IMG/VR virus record: IMGVR_UViG_3300032093_000098
Source: an uncultured virus (IMG/VR IMGVR_UViG_3300032093_000098)
Lineage: Duplodnaviria > Heunggongvirae > Uroviricota > Caudoviricetes
Reading direction: 5' to 3' (one strand)
DNA length: 64,000 nt
Positions 25,733-36,606 of the stretch are shown here, piece by piece; the first letter of the stretch is position 1; each line of letters begins with the position of its first letter. A program made the translations under genes and the position numbers. The notes under the pieces were generated by a model. It ran no database searches. It was given only the letters and a program-made list of their open reading frames with translations, and was not told where the DNA came from.

Positions 25733-28195
25733 ATGGAGCACGAATACCAACAGGAGGACGAGTACGTTATTTTTCATGAAAATGACCCGGATCTTGATAC
25801 AATCAAGATTAAACTACCAAGGCTTGAGGAGTGGTATAGTGACGTTTTGAAAAGACCGGTCTCAAGGGAAGAGGCGCTAACATTTGTTGATGGGTACGGG
25901 CTGCCTCCTGAAAAACAAAAGTTTACCCACCAAGAGATGCCCGAAAAACTCAAGCTCATCTATGAGGTTGTTTTTAATAAAAAGCACGCCACCAACAGAA
26001 CCAGGTACAAGGAGGCCACAGACGTGAGGCTTGAGGATCTCTACGAAGAGATAGAGACAAATCAAAAATACTACGCTTCTGAAATCGTATGGATTAAGAC
26101 GCAGATAAAAAGAAGGTATATTGGATACTGGTGTTTTATCAAGGGGAAGCCAACGTATCTTAATGGCGCCAATTATTTTTTTCTAAACTTTTGGCCGGTA
26201 AAAAACTTTGGGAAAAACAACAACAGGGCTGATTACAGGGATTATCAACGGCAGATATTTCACTTTTTGATGTACTGCTACACTACCCATGAAGCGTTTT
26301 ACAAACACAGGATCACATACAGGGAAAACGGCGCTGTAAAGGTTCGGTATTCAAACCGAGATGTAAGGGACGTAGTGGAGGAGATGAAGGAAATGGATGT
26401 TGAATATTATGTGGAGCCCAACATTGCAATATCCATTGACATGGGCAGGAGGACTGTGCACGGCGCGAACTTTGTGTCCGGAAGACGAATAGCGAAGACG
26501 GCTATTTCTTGCTGCTTCTGCACATGGGGGACGCTCAATATGCCTGATCAGACATTCATCATCCAGGCAATGAATGAAGATCAGGCCATAAACAAAATAT
26601 TTGTTAAACAAATCCAAACGCCGGTTAGCAAGCTGCCGTTTTTCTTCAGGCCGCACTATCGCGGGAAGCTTGAGGCAAAGCAGGGGTTAAGATTTCAGTA
26701 CGAGGGGTCTGTGGCCGCCGCAGCAAGAGCCGGGATGATTCCCGAGCAGATGGAGTGTTTTATAACGCCGTTGACATCAAATGAAAAAGCGGCGGACGGC
26801 GAGGCTGAAATTGCTTTTGTCTACCGGGATGAACCGGCAAAAAAGACAGATGCAAAGGCCGCTGACCAAAACATACCGACGTGGTGGTACAACACCATGA
26901 AGCCGGCCATAGAGCGAGGAAGAAATATTCGTGGTTTTTGCGTCATGCCCTCGACTGTTGGCGACATGGAGAGTGGCGGTGGATCTCAGTTTTTCGAAAT
27001 AGCAAATGAGTCTCATTTTTCGGACAGGAACGAAAACGGCACGACAGCGTCTGGCCTTATCAATTTTTTCCTGCCCGGATATTATGCTCTTGAGGGCTAT
27101 ATTGACGAGTACGGAGCAAGCGTTGTCGAGGATCCGCCGGAACCGGTAATGTCCAATGATGGCAAGTGGATAAAAGAGGGTGCAAAAACGCATCTTTTAA
27201 ATCAGGCTGAGTATTTTGAAAAAAAGAAACAGTGGGGTAACCTGATTAAATTGCAGCAAAACTTTCCGATGTCGTGGAAGCAGGCTTTTGCTGTCATACC
27301 CAAAGACATGGGCATGCCGATTGAAAAAATGAGAGACAGGATATCTGAACTCAAATTTTCAAAGACTCCTCTTTCGACAAAAATCAACTTAAAGTGGGTA
27401 GGAAACAAGTTTGGTGGGGATGTGTTTATTGAAAATGATCCAAAGGGAAAATGGACAATGACATTCCTTCCTCCAATTGAGCAAAGAAACCTTCGGGTCG
27501 TTGTTTCTGCAGAAGAGGGTTATGTGCCACCAAAGGAGAAGGGTCTTATTTACGCCCCCGACCCGTCAGTTATGAATAAGTTTTTCCTGGCGTGTGACCC
27601 TGTGAAATTCCATAGAAGAAACACGGTTGGGAAAAAAAAGTCCAATGCCGCCGCCGCAATATTTTATAAGCGGGATTCCCAGGTAGACCCAGACACGAAG
27701 CCTCGCAACGAATGGGTGTCAAACGATTGGGTGATGATATATAATCACCCGGTTGACGACAAGGAGGAGTACCACGAGGAATGGCTGAAGGCGGCCATAT
27801 TGTTTGGCGCCTACGTTTACCCAGAATGGCCTGACGGAGAGTCTATCGTTGAGTATTTTAGAGAAAATGGATTTGACGGATACCTATTGAAGGATGTCGG
27901 CGCCGACGGCAAGCAAGATTCAAGACCCGGGGTTTGGGCTGGCGTTGCTGAGCAAAATGAAATGGCCGGTGATATAATGACGTTTTTCTACAACAATGCA
28001 AGGTATGTAAAGATATGGGAAATACTTGACGAATGGACTCAAATGAGAGGCATTGACGATCTTACCAATCATGACTTGTGCGCTGCGACTGGCTGGTGCA
28101 TGAGGGCGATAAAAAGCAGGATGCCTGATATTTACAAAGATGTTTATCGTCCAATTGAGGTTACGGGTGGATTTGACACATACAGTATAGACTGA
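25733..28195 (+). CDS. terL: Terminase large subunit
   Basis: YRDYQ, GRRIAKT (Walker A-like), VYRDE (Walker B), PSTVG coupling motif, FLACDPV and DLCAA nuclease motifs; precedes portal. Confidence 0.88.
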   Translation: MEHEYQQEDEYVIFHENDPDLDTIKIKLPRLEEWYSDVLKRPVSREEALTFVDGYGLPPEKQKFTHQEMPEKLKLIYEVVFNKKHATNRTRYKEATDVRLEDLYEEIETNQKYYASEIVWIKTQIKRRYIGYWCFIKGKPTYLNGANYFFLNFWPVKNFGKNNNRADYRDYQRQIFHFLMYCYTTHEAFYKHRITYRENGAVKVRYSNRDVRDVVEEMKEMDVEYYVEPNIAISIDMGRRTVHGANFVSGRRIAKTAISCCFCTWGTLNMPDQTFIIQAMNEDQAINKIFVKQIQTPVSKLPFFFRPHYRGKLEAKQGLRFQYEGSVAAAARAGMIPEQMECFITPLTSNEKAADGEAEIAFVYRDEPAKKTDAKAADQNIPTWWYNTMKPAIERGRNIRGFCVMPSTVGDMESGGGSQFFEIANESHFSDRNENGTTASGLINFFLPGYYALEGYIDEYGASVVEDPPEPVMSNDGKWIKEGAKTHLLNQAEYFEKKKQWGNLIKLQQNFPMSWKQAFAVIPKDMGMPIEKMRDRISELKFSKTPLSTKINLKWVGNKFGGDVFIENDPKGKWTMTFLPPIEQRNLRVVVSAEEGYVPPKEKGLIYAPDPSVMNKFFLACDPVKFHRRNTVGKKKSNAAAAIFYKRDSQVDPDTKPRNEWVSNDWVMIYNHPVDDKEEYHEEWLKAAILFGAYVYPEWPDGESIVEYFRENGFDGYLLKDVGADGKQDSRPGVWAGVAEQNEMAGDIMTFFYNNARYVKIWEILDEWTQMRGIDDLTNHDLCAATGWCMRAIKSRMPDIYKDVYRPIEVTGGFDTYSID

Positions 28196-28261
28196 TTATT
28201 TTGAACATTTTATGAAAAAATGTTATAAATTTGCCGTTATCAAAATAACTTCGCACAAAGT

Positions 28262-30658
28262 ATGCTTTTACCACAATTAGCTGGAGGGATCTTATTCCCT
28301 GATGACAATATCCCCGAAAAGGATAAGCTTGATCCGAGTTTCGGTTTGAAGTGCGGAAGGGCGCTTTATTCAAGATTTTGCGCTGGAGGGACATATTTTT
28401 CGATGCCCCAACTACCAGAGATGCAGGACACACGAAACTACGGAGCCGGGATGCAGTCTACCGAAAGATATAAAAGTCGTTTTTTCAACGGGTCTCCAGT
28501 CGGCAGCAAGGGAAGCAAGCAAGCTCCGTCCGGCGCTCCTATCGGCGATATGACAAAGGCTCAAAGAAAAGCACTTGTTAACATTAGTTATGATATTTTT
28601 TCTCCGATGAGAAAAATGACCAATGTTCTTTTGTCTGTACTTGCCGACAATGACTACAAGGTAGACTGTCTGTCGCTTGACAGAAGTGTGATAGAAACAA
28701 AAAGGCGATCCAAGGCCACGATACTTGCAAGAAGCAAGGTGGTGAATCCCTTTCTTGAATCTATCGGATTAAAAAAGCTGCATGTTCCGTTTGTTGCAAG
28801 AGATCAGTCAACGGTTGATATGGCCGACAGGCTTGGGTTTTTTAAGGCCAGATATGAAGTCGCCCTTGAGAAGCTTGCCGAGTCTGGTTTCCGCGCTGGG
28901 AAATACAAAGATCAGCGAATGGCTTACAATCGCGATGCGATTGATTACCACATTCGCATAGGAAAGATTTACAACGACGAAAAAACGGGACAGGTAAAGC
29001 CGCAGTATATTGATCCCGCAAGAACCGTTATGTTGTGGAACGAAGACAACGAGAGCGACCCCGTGGCGATAGGCCACATTGAGGTTGAGATGATACAATC
29101 GATTTACCCCAAGCTAAAGGAAGCTGGTTTTTCTGATAAAGAAATCCAGTCTATGGCAAAATCGTATGTTCCGTATCAAACAGACGTCTCATCAATCCCT
29201 GCGTGGGCATTTGAAAGAAAAGACCCGACAACAAACAAGTGGGTATGGATGGACTTTAAGGTGTATGTTTTAAAGTTTGAGTATTTGTCAACTGATTATT
29301 CTCAGTACGTTGAGAGAACGAACAAAAAAGGAGTTAAAACGTTCTTGAAAAACAACGTTCCTGTCGAGGATAAAAAGAAGAATCCAAACGAAAATTACCA
29401 CGAGGTGTCTTGCAATTACTGGTATGAGGGAAGTTACATAATATCTGGCACCGGACAGGATCGGATATACGGGTGGAGAAAAAAACCCAACCAAATGCAG
29501 GGCGGCCTCACGCCAAAATGCTCGTATGTGGTTGACAGGATTTACGGGCAAAGCCCAACGAGAAGCGTAAAGGGTCTTCTTGATGACCTGATGATCGCCG
29601 TCCTTAAGCTCAGGGCTGCCGTTTTTGTTGCTGCCCCGAAAGGATACAGAATAGACATTGGCGAGGCCGCAAACATCAAGATCGGGGGCGTGGAATACGA
29701 CTTGTTCGACCTGGTGCACGTTCACCGGCAAAACGGCATTCTTGTCGCCGCAACCAAATTCAATGCGGCAACAGGCAAGTACGTTTCCCAACCGTTGGTA
29801 GAGATGGACAATGGTCTTGGTCCTCAGGGTCAAGAGTGGCTTGCTCAGATAGCCAATATTCAATTAATGATTAAGGATATTCTCGGCATTCCGGATGCTA
29901 TGGCTGCGAGCCCCGATCAAAGCGCAGAAAGGCTCGTCGGAGTCATGGAGGCCGACTACAACGCTGGCAACCATGCCAACTGGCCGTTAAAAGAGTCCGA
30001 AAGAAGGTTTAAGGAAAAGATGGCGGAAAGAATGATTCATCAAGCCAGGATAGATATTCAGTTTGATCCGGATATTGAAGAGTTTTACAGAGCAATCATT
30101 GGAGACAACTTGGTAAACGCCCTCCATGAAATAGAGGATCTGTCTCTTGACGATTTGGCAATAACCTGTAGATCTTTGCCAAACGAAAAGGAAAAAGATG
30201 CTATTCTGCAAAGGGCAATTCAGATGTCTCAAATACCGACAAAGGACGGCTCCGTTTTGCTTTCCCCTTCAAGCGTTGAGCGGGTTGCTCAAATGCTTAA
30301 AAACGGAGATGTGGACGAGGCCCTGTGGTTCATGGCGAAGTCTGAGATGGAGGCAAGGGATCGCGAGGAAACGCACGCTAAAGAAATGCTTCAGCAAACC
30401 ATTCAGGGTCAGCAACAAACGGCGATCATGACGGAGCAGGAGAAGCTCAAGTCGGCAATGAAGCTTGCGGAAGTGGAGGTTAAGAAGTATGCGGCTATGG
30501 CAAACGTGGATCTTCAAAAAGAAAAAGAGCTATCAAGCCTCAAGGCCGACCAGGATTATGACATCCAATTGCTAAAGGGTGAGCAAGTTCTTGAACAAAT
30601 AAACCTTGAGGCTACCCTTGAGTCTCAGTACGGAAACGAAATAACAGGAAGAGTATAA
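28262..30658 (+). CDS. Portal protein (crAss-like size)
   Basis: 798 aa after TerL; YIDPARTV; helical C-terminus; synteny. Confidence 0.75.
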   Translation: MLLPQLAGGILFPDDNIPEKDKLDPSFGLKCGRALYSRFCAGGTYFSMPQLPEMQDTRNYGAGMQSTERYKSRFFNGSPVGSKGSKQAPSGAPIGDMTKAQRKALVNISYDIFSPMRKMTNVLLSVLADNDYKVDCLSLDRSVIETKRRSKATILARSKVVNPFLESIGLKKLHVPFVARDQSTVDMADRLGFFKARYEVALEKLAESGFRAGKYKDQRMAYNRDAIDYHIRIGKIYNDEKTGQVKPQYIDPARTVMLWNEDNESDPVAIGHIEVEMIQSIYPKLKEAGFSDKEIQSMAKSYVPYQTDVSSIPAWAFERKDPTTNKWVWMDFKVYVLKFEYLSTDYSQYVERTNKKGVKTFLKNNVPVEDKKKNPNENYHEVSCNYWYEGSYIISGTGQDRIYGWRKKPNQMQGGLTPKCSYVVDRIYGQSPTRSVKGLLDDLMIAVLKLRAAVFVAAPKGYRIDIGEAANIKIGGVEYDLFDLVHVHRQNGILVAATKFNAATGKYVSQPLVEMDNGLGPQGQEWLAQIANIQLMIKDILGIPDAMAASPDQSAERLVGVMEADYNAGNHANWPLKESERRFKEKMAERMIHQARIDIQFDPDIEEFYRAIIGDNLVNALHEIEDLSLDDLAITCRSLPNEKEKDAILQRAIQMSQIPTKDGSVLLSPSSVERVAQMLKNGDVDEALWFMAKSEMEARDREETHAKEMLQQTIQGQQQTAIMTEQEKLKSAMKLAEVEVKKYAAMANVDLQKEKELSSLKADQDYDIQLLKGEQVLEQINLEATLESQYGNEITGRV

Positions 30659-30659
30659 C

Positions 30660-31697
30660 ATGGAAGACAACACAAACGCTGGTCAGCAGAATGATCCAGC
30701 AAACACAGCGGCACAATCGGCGCAACCCCAGGAATGGTACAGTGCTTTTGGATTTGAAAGCGAAGACGCGTTCAAGCAAGAGTTCGAGCAGCTAAAAGGC
30801 TACAAGACGCTCGCCTCAGAGTTGGACGAAAGAGCAAAAGATGTTGAGGAGGGATTCGCTATCCTTCAGGCGGCCGAAGACCCGTACGCGGGGAATGAAG
30901 AGGCAAGGATGCTCGTAGAATTTTCTAAAAAAGGCATCCCATCATCTGTGGCAAACAAGCTGATGAAGATGGACGTTGACTTGGTAATGAGCGACCCGCT
31001 TTCTGCCATCGTCGCTGCCGAGGCTATTAAAAATGCCGAGAAATTCAAAAAGCTCGGAGAAGAGGTCATCGAAGAGGCTGTGCGGGAAAAGTATGGCATC
31101 GGCCCGGGCGATTATGATCCGACGGCACTAATGAAGTCTGATGCTCTTGATGCTGCCGAGCTGATTGTAAAATTGAAAAAAGATGTTGCAGAAAGCAAAA
31201 ATCCGTTTATATTTGCAAAAGAATTGAAAACCCAGAACGAAAAGACGTTCGCGGAAAGGCAGACCTTAGCATTTTCAGAGGCCGAAAACTTCTCAAAACA
31301 GCTCAAGGAAGTGCCGTACAAGTTTGGTGAAAATCAAGTGTCGCTGAAAGTTTCGAGCGAAGAGACTGAGTCAATCTTGAAATCGCAATACGCATCGTAT
31401 CTGGGAAGGGCTTTTGACCCTACGACTCAGGAAGGCAAAAAACAAATCCAGGATTGGGTGTCCAATCAAATCCTCGTTCATAAGGTTCAGACCGGGGAGC
31501 TTGGGATTCAAATCCAGGAAGCTATTCAGAGCGGAGCGTTGAAAGCGGCTGTTCAAACCGTCTACAATGGTCAGCCAAAAATGGTTAACAGAGTAGGCAA
31601 AGTCATAACGGACGCAAAGAATCTCACGCCGGCACAGAAAGATTTGCTTGCACGAGGAGTTCCTTTGCCGTCTCAACAAATTCAGTCTAACCCCTAA
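30660..31697 (+). CDS. Putative scaffolding protein
   Basis: Acidic and helical; between portal and capsid. Confidence 0.55.
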   Translation: MEDNTNAGQQNDPANTAAQSAQPQEWYSAFGFESEDAFKQEFEQLKGYKTLASELDERAKDVEEGFAILQAAEDPYAGNEEARMLVEFSKKGIPSSVANKLMKMDVDLVMSDPLSAIVAAEAIKNAEKFKKLGEEVIEEAVREKYGIGPGDYDPTALMKSDALDAAELIVKLKKDVAESKNPFIFAKELKTQNEKTFAERQTLAFSEAENFSKQLKEVPYKFGENQVSLKVSSEETESILKSQYASYLGRAFDPTTQEGKKQIQDWVSNQILVHKVQTGELGIQIQEAIQSGALKAAVQTVYNGQPKMVNRVGKVITDAKNLTPAQKDLLARGVPLPSQQIQSNP

Positions 31698-31709
31698 AAA
31701 AATTGAAAA

Positions 31710-33125
31710 ATGGGATTTACACCTAATGGAAATATAGCGCCTATTGCAGCCCCCGGCGGGATGACATATGGCGGCATCCAGAATAACTGGGATGCACTCA
31801 TGGAGGACTTCGACGCGGTAGCGTACCTCCCTTTTGGCGACGAGTATTGGGACGCCATGAACCAAATTATGAACGCGATTGGAAACCGGGAGATTGCAAA
31901 GCAGCCAACTGTACGTTGGTTTGAGTTGACTCGCCAGGAGGTTCCGCTCACGATCAACGATACAGCAACTATTACTGATGCGGGCGTAGCTGTAGACGTT
32001 GCGGCCTCAGATGTTGTTACAGTTGGCGGCACCAGATATCTTTGGGCTGCGAAAAACGAGATTTACCGACATGCAAAAACAGGTAAGCTTGTTCAGGTTA
32101 TTGCAAAAGATGCGAGCACCACTCCAGCTACTGTAACGCTCAAGACCCTGAAGGCGTCACCAGGCGGCAACATTAGTGTTGTGCCGAATGACAAGTTCTT
32201 CTATATTGGCGTGAGTGTTCCGGAGAACTCTTCTGCTCAGGAAGCGAAGTTCACCTTCGATACCTTGCATTCTGCGAAGATCCAAACAATGCGCCATGAT
32301 GGCTTGACAAGCTCCGAGGCGCTGTACAATCAGCTTTGGTATAGCCAAATTGAAAACGGCATGCAAACGCCGTATTCGAACTCTCGTGACGTCCTGTATT
32401 TGCAGCGCGAGCACCAGGTGTCTATTGTGAACTCGTTCCTTGGAATGGACACGGACAACACCTTGACTGCATCGGAATCGTTCCAAACAACAACCGGTTT
32501 GATTCCTTCCATCATCGCCTCTGGTCAGGTTCATGACGCTGCGGGATTTGTCGATCAGACAGACTTTTACACTCTTGAAGCAATGCTGACCTCTCAGGAT
32601 GCATCGATCAAGAATTACATGGTCTGGACTACCGGCAAAACATCAGCCAACATCGAGCAGGCAATGTTTGAATACAACAAGAACGCAAACATCACTTTGA
32701 ATAAGGTTCAAATGGAGAAGACGTTCTGGGGCGAGGGTGCTTATGCCGACCTCATGCGCTCGACTTACTCGTTCAACAATCTTGTCTTCAACAACAAGAA
32801 CTTTGGACTTGTTCGTATGGGTATTTTCGACAACCCTCAGACGTTTGCGACGACTGACTCTAACTGGTTGGACTACGCTGTGTTCCTCCCATTGAGTTCA
32901 GGCAACATCGATGATGGTCTCGGAAACATGGGTAAGTATGTTCGCTTGTGCCACAAGCCGGGCGCGTTCATGAACATGTGGCAGACCGGCGGTCGTGCTG
33001 CGGCAAACAAGACCGAAAAGTGGGAACTTGGAATTCACATTGTTTCCGAAATCGGATTTAAGTTTGTGAATGCAAACAAGTACGGAATGTTCATCAATGC
33101 TTCAGCCCCTGGTCCTGAAGTATAA
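31710..33125 (+). CDS. Major capsid protein
   Basis: 471 aa; VRWFE..; TTTGLIPSI; SEIGFKFVNANKY C-terminus; followed by a strong terminator. Confidence 0.8.
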   Translation: MGFTPNGNIAPIAAPGGMTYGGIQNNWDALMEDFDAVAYLPFGDEYWDAMNQIMNAIGNREIAKQPTVRWFELTRQEVPLTINDTATITDAGVAVDVAASDVVTVGGTRYLWAAKNEIYRHAKTGKLVQVIAKDASTTPATVTLKTLKASPGGNISVVPNDKFFYIGVSVPENSSAQEAKFTFDTLHSAKIQTMRHDGLTSSEALYNQLWYSQIENGMQTPYSNSRDVLYLQREHQVSIVNSFLGMDTDNTLTASESFQTTTGLIPSIIASGQVHDAAGFVDQTDFYTLEAMLTSQDASIKNYMVWTTGKTSANIEQAMFEYNKNANITLNKVQMEKTFWGEGAYADLMRSTYSFNNLVFNNKNFGLVRMGIFDNPQTFATTDSNWLDYAVFLPLSSGNIDDGLGNMGKYVRLCHKPGAFMNMWQTGGRAAANKTEKWELGIHIVSEIGFKFVNANKYGMFINASAPGPEV

Positions 33126-33138
33126 TCAGAATCAAGAT

Positions 33139-33168
33139 AAAAAGGGGGCAATGTCGCCCCCTTTTTTT
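33139..33168 (+). terminator. Intrinsic terminator after capsid gene
   Basis: GGGGGC-aatgtc-GCCCCC-TTTTTTT. Confidence 0.85.
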
Positions 33169-33184
33169 AAAACCAATATACGTT

Positions 33185-34117
33185 ATGCTTTTCGATATAA
33201 GCACCATGCAACCGGTCTCTATCCCGCAGTGGGCTGAAGACCAAATGAAAGAGGATTTTCCCGAGTTTTACAAAGGCAAGTCCGTACAAATTATAATAGG
33301 CGAAGACAAAAGGGTTAAAACCCTGAAGGTTCCGTCCAACTCTCACGACAACGAGCCGAGGCCGTACTACGAGGTACGAAGCAATTCAAGGAAAGCGAGA
33401 GGTGTACTTATTGACCCGGAAACCGGAGAGCAGTACCACATTCAATACACGTCTGCCGCTCCTCGGCCAGGTGCGAGCGGGATTCAATTCGCCTACCCGC
33501 ACTGCAACGTGACTGTAAGTGATGGCATGCGCATTCAGCCAGGGCAAAAAGACTTGCTGTTTTACCTGCATTACCTGTGTCCTGTCATTAAGAACAACAG
33601 GTGTGCTTTCCGTTCCGCTGACCCCTGGTACGAGTATTACAAGCCAGAGATTGAAGCTGCTGACCGGATCAACCAGGCCAAGGAACGTGTGGATCTCGAA
33701 AAACTCGTGTACTTCGACACGCCTTACGAAACAGTTCTTAAGGCAATTGACGGGCTCGCAATGAAGAGAACCGGCAACGAGGAGCGAGACAGGGTTGCGC
33801 TGAGAGACGCCATAGCTAAGGGCTCCGACACGTTTAAAAGAAACGCGTTTGGCATCCTCGGGTCTTTCCAAAAGAAGGCAGCCGCACAGGAACCAGAGGC
33901 AGAGACTGTCAGCGAGATGCTCAATCGTCTTTTGAATGAAAAAATTATCAAAAATGACGAAGGAAAGTGGTATCTTCGCGACAAAAGAGGGGATGGTGAT
34001 AAATGGTTAAAGGCGCCGTTTTATGAGACTCAAGGAGACTTGAAAGAGGCGTTTTTCGAACTGTCTGATCACCTTTCCGCGAACAATGAATTGCTTGTTA
34101 AACTCAGAAAACAATAA
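33185..34117 (+). CDS. Conserved head-module protein of unknown function
   Basis: ORF after the capsid gene, as in crAss-like synteny. Confidence 0.6.
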   Translation: MLFDISTMQPVSIPQWAEDQMKEDFPEFYKGKSVQIIIGEDKRVKTLKVPSNSHDNEPRPYYEVRSNSRKARGVLIDPETGEQYHIQYTSAAPRPGASGIQFAYPHCNVTVSDGMRIQPGQKDLLFYLHYLCPVIKNNRCAFRSADPWYEYYKPEIEAADRINQAKERVDLEKLVYFDTPYETVLKAIDGLAMKRTGNEERDRVALRDAIAKGSDTFKRNAFGILGSFQKKAAAQEPEAETVSEMLNRLLNEKIIKNDEGKWYLRDKRGDGDKWLKAPFYETQGDLKEAFFELSDHLSANNELLVKLRKQ

Positions 34118-34120
34118 AAG

Positions 34121-35851
34121 ATGTTAAGTACCGTCACTCTTACGCTCGACTTGTCGTATAAAAATCCGCTAACGGGAGCCCCAGAACCTCGAGGAATCGT
34201 CAAAGACTCCACAGATTATGCGGGTCTTGGTGTTGATTTGGCAACATTTAAAGCGAAGGGTCTCGGGACAATTTCTTTTAATGGGGATATTATTGAAGAC
34301 CAAAATACGGTCGGTAGCCCCATGATTGATCTTGAAAACTGGGAGTCTCTTCACCCTGGAGAGACTCCTGTTTTCTATTTCCCGATCGTTGTTGACGCTA
34401 ACGGGAATCCGGCACATGGCGTTTACGCCTTGCAGTACTCGTTAAGGCTGTTGTCCAATCCTCTCGATGGTGGAGTTTCTATTTTTGCGGAAACACCACC
34501 GAACCAAGTCGAGACAGATGGTGACGAGTGGCTTTCCCAATTCCTTGTCTCAGGGAATCAAATGACTCTTGTAACCGGGTCTCCGAACCTCAGCGTAACA
34601 GTCTCTTCTGTTTCTGAAGGCGACAACGGGGCGATAATTGTGGTTAACGAAGCCCTTGATCCGGAAGCTCCGCATGACGACATTGCTTTTGACATTACAA
34701 ATGTTCAGTTACAGGCTTCTTATTTGTTCTCTGGATGTGAACTAACTCCTGCGGACGTCTCTTTTGTATACGATTGCGAATATGGAGACCACGGAACATG
34801 GGCGGCGGCAAATACCACAGATTTGGCAACTGGCGAGTCCGTGAAAAGCCTTTCGTGCACAATTACTTATCCCGGTTGGACTTTCAGCACGCCTGGATTT
34901 ACTCCGTCGATAACAACGACTTCACTCCCTTATCCATCAATTGAGACAGACAACCCTCTTGCTACGGGTACCTATACAGTAGCCCTTTCTGAGGTGATTG
35001 AAAAAACCCAACAGGACGGACTGATTATTCAGTACACGTCTTCAGTTAAAAAGGAGTTTCAGGTTTCTTGCTCTGGGTCTTTGTGCGGTCTCGCGCCGTG
35101 CATTGAGAATCTCAGGAAGGCTCACGAGGCTGAGTTGAGGGCTAACGGCGTTTCGAAATACCAGGTGTATGTAGACAACATCCTTTTCTATTACATGGAG
35201 GCGCAGAACTATAAGATATGCGGCGACCTCGATAAATACAAAGAGGCTGTGTCTCTGATTAAATCATCCCTCGACGCTTCCGGATGCGAATGTGCGTGCT
35301 GCGATGACGAGACGTACTATTGGGTTTCAAATAATTCCGGCCAGTCAATAATCGATCAGCTTATCGCCACGATTCAGTACAAGCTTTACGATGGGGTTCC
35401 TGGAGCAACTCAGGACGAGACAGCTGGTGTCCTGGTCGGAGCGATCTGGCAAGACTTCAACACGGGTATTGAGTACAGGTGCACCGACAACACCCCGGGC
35501 GCGGCAGTGTGGGTGATGTATTACAATCCTGCTGAGCCGTATCTTGTCTACGAAGCTCTTCTGACACAGTCAAGCGCAGATTCTCCAACGGCAATCGTAA
35601 TGAAGAACACCTACGGTTCAGACCCGATTTTATCGAGAGCTGCTTCAGGGGTGTACACCGTGTCGCTCACTGGTGCTTTCACTTCTGGTGGAACAGCCGT
35701 TTTGATAGCGAACAATAGCTTCAACCCTCAGGTAACAATACAGGCGCTCTGGAATGATGTTGACAGCATTGCTGTACTGACGTCAGACGGCGGGGTGAGC
35801 AATGACGGCTTGTTGGGTAGAACATACCTTATGATTAAGACATTGGTTTAA
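34121..35851 (+). CDS. Structural protein with Cys cluster
   Basis: Beta-rich; CSGSLCGLAPC..CECACC; fibre-like C-terminal domain. Confidence 0.6.
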   Translation: MLSTVTLTLDLSYKNPLTGAPEPRGIVKDSTDYAGLGVDLATFKAKGLGTISFNGDIIEDQNTVGSPMIDLENWESLHPGETPVFYFPIVVDANGNPAHGVYALQYSLRLLSNPLDGGVSIFAETPPNQVETDGDEWLSQFLVSGNQMTLVTGSPNLSVTVSSVSEGDNGAIIVVNEALDPEAPHDDIAFDITNVQLQASYLFSGCELTPADVSFVYDCEYGDHGTWAAANTTDLATGESVKSLSCTITYPGWTFSTPGFTPSITTTSLPYPSIETDNPLATGTYTVALSEVIEKTQQDGLIIQYTSSVKKEFQVSCSGSLCGLAPCIENLRKAHEAELRANGVSKYQVYVDNILFYYMEAQNYKICGDLDKYKEAVSLIKSSLDASGCECACCDDETYYWVSNNSGQSIIDQLIATIQYKLYDGVPGATQDETAGVLVGAIWQDFNTGIEYRCTDNTPGAAVWVMYYNPAEPYLVYEALLTQSSADSPTAIVMKNTYGSDPILSRAASGVYTVSLTGAFTSGGTAVLIANNSFNPQVTIQALWNDVDSIAVLTSDGGVSNDGLLGRTYLMIKTLV

Positions 35852-36606
35852 TGGACACTACACTCGGAAAAATATATGACGAGCTTTTGTTCCGTGCTGG
35901 GAAAGATCTCCGGGGCGGGTTTGTCACCCCGAGCGATTTTAACAGGGCGATAGGAATCGTTAATCAGCGATACCTCAACACCCTTGTGAGTAACTTTGAA
36001 AAAAACAGAAAGGTTACCAGTGACTTGCAACCGTTCATAAAAACACTCGGCTCCCCGCAGTACGCTCCTTTAAAGTTCACCCCGGTTTTGCCGGGCAACC
36101 CTAAGAAAGGAGGGTACGCAGACATACCGGAAGACATTTGGTACGAGGCGGAATCGAGCTATCTTGAGCTTTTAAACGACGGTTGCTCCACGGATTCCAA
36201 TTATCGGTCGGTCGATTTTGTGAGTCAGCACCAGTTCAATGCCGTGATGCGCAGTTCTGTTTTGAGTCCGGTTGACAATCCGCAAGAAAACGACCCGGTG
36301 CTTGTCACAAGAAACGACAAGTATTTCATATACCCGTTTCTTGACCGGATATCATTTACATACATCAGAAGACCGAAGGTTCCGTACTTCGATTATGATT
36401 TGGTGAATAGGGTCGCTGTTTACCTTCCGCCTGGAAGCGTGCACACAAACAACTCGGTAGCGCCAGCGGGCAGCCCGAGTCAAAGCGTCGAATTTGAGTA
36501 CCCGGAAAGCACTGTCGATCACATTACCGACATGATTAAGACTTACATCGGAATAGGAAACGAAAATCAGTGGAACATTCAAACTCAAATGCCAGATAGA
36601 GTATGA
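35851..36606 (+). CDS. Tail ring/adaptor protein
   Basis: GFVTPSDFN..DLQPF..YIRRPKVP; position. Confidence 0.6.
   Translation: MDTTLGKIYDELLFRAGKDLRGGFVTPSDFNRAIGIVNQRYLNTLVSNFEKNRKVTSDLQPFIKTLGSPQYAPLKFTPVLPGNPKKGGYADIPEDIWYEAESSYLELLNDGCSTDSNYRSVDFVSQHQFNAVMRSSVLSPVDNPQENDPVLVTRNDKYFIYPFLDRISFTYIRRPKVPYFDYDLVNRVAVYLPPGSVHTNNSVAPAGSPSQSVEFEYPESTVDHITDMIKTYIGIGNENQWNIQTQMPDRV

Noticed and set aside
25733..28195. Intein or intron in TerL
   Set aside because: Continuous ORF with no intein splice motifs (C..HN) or LAGLIDADG blocks seen
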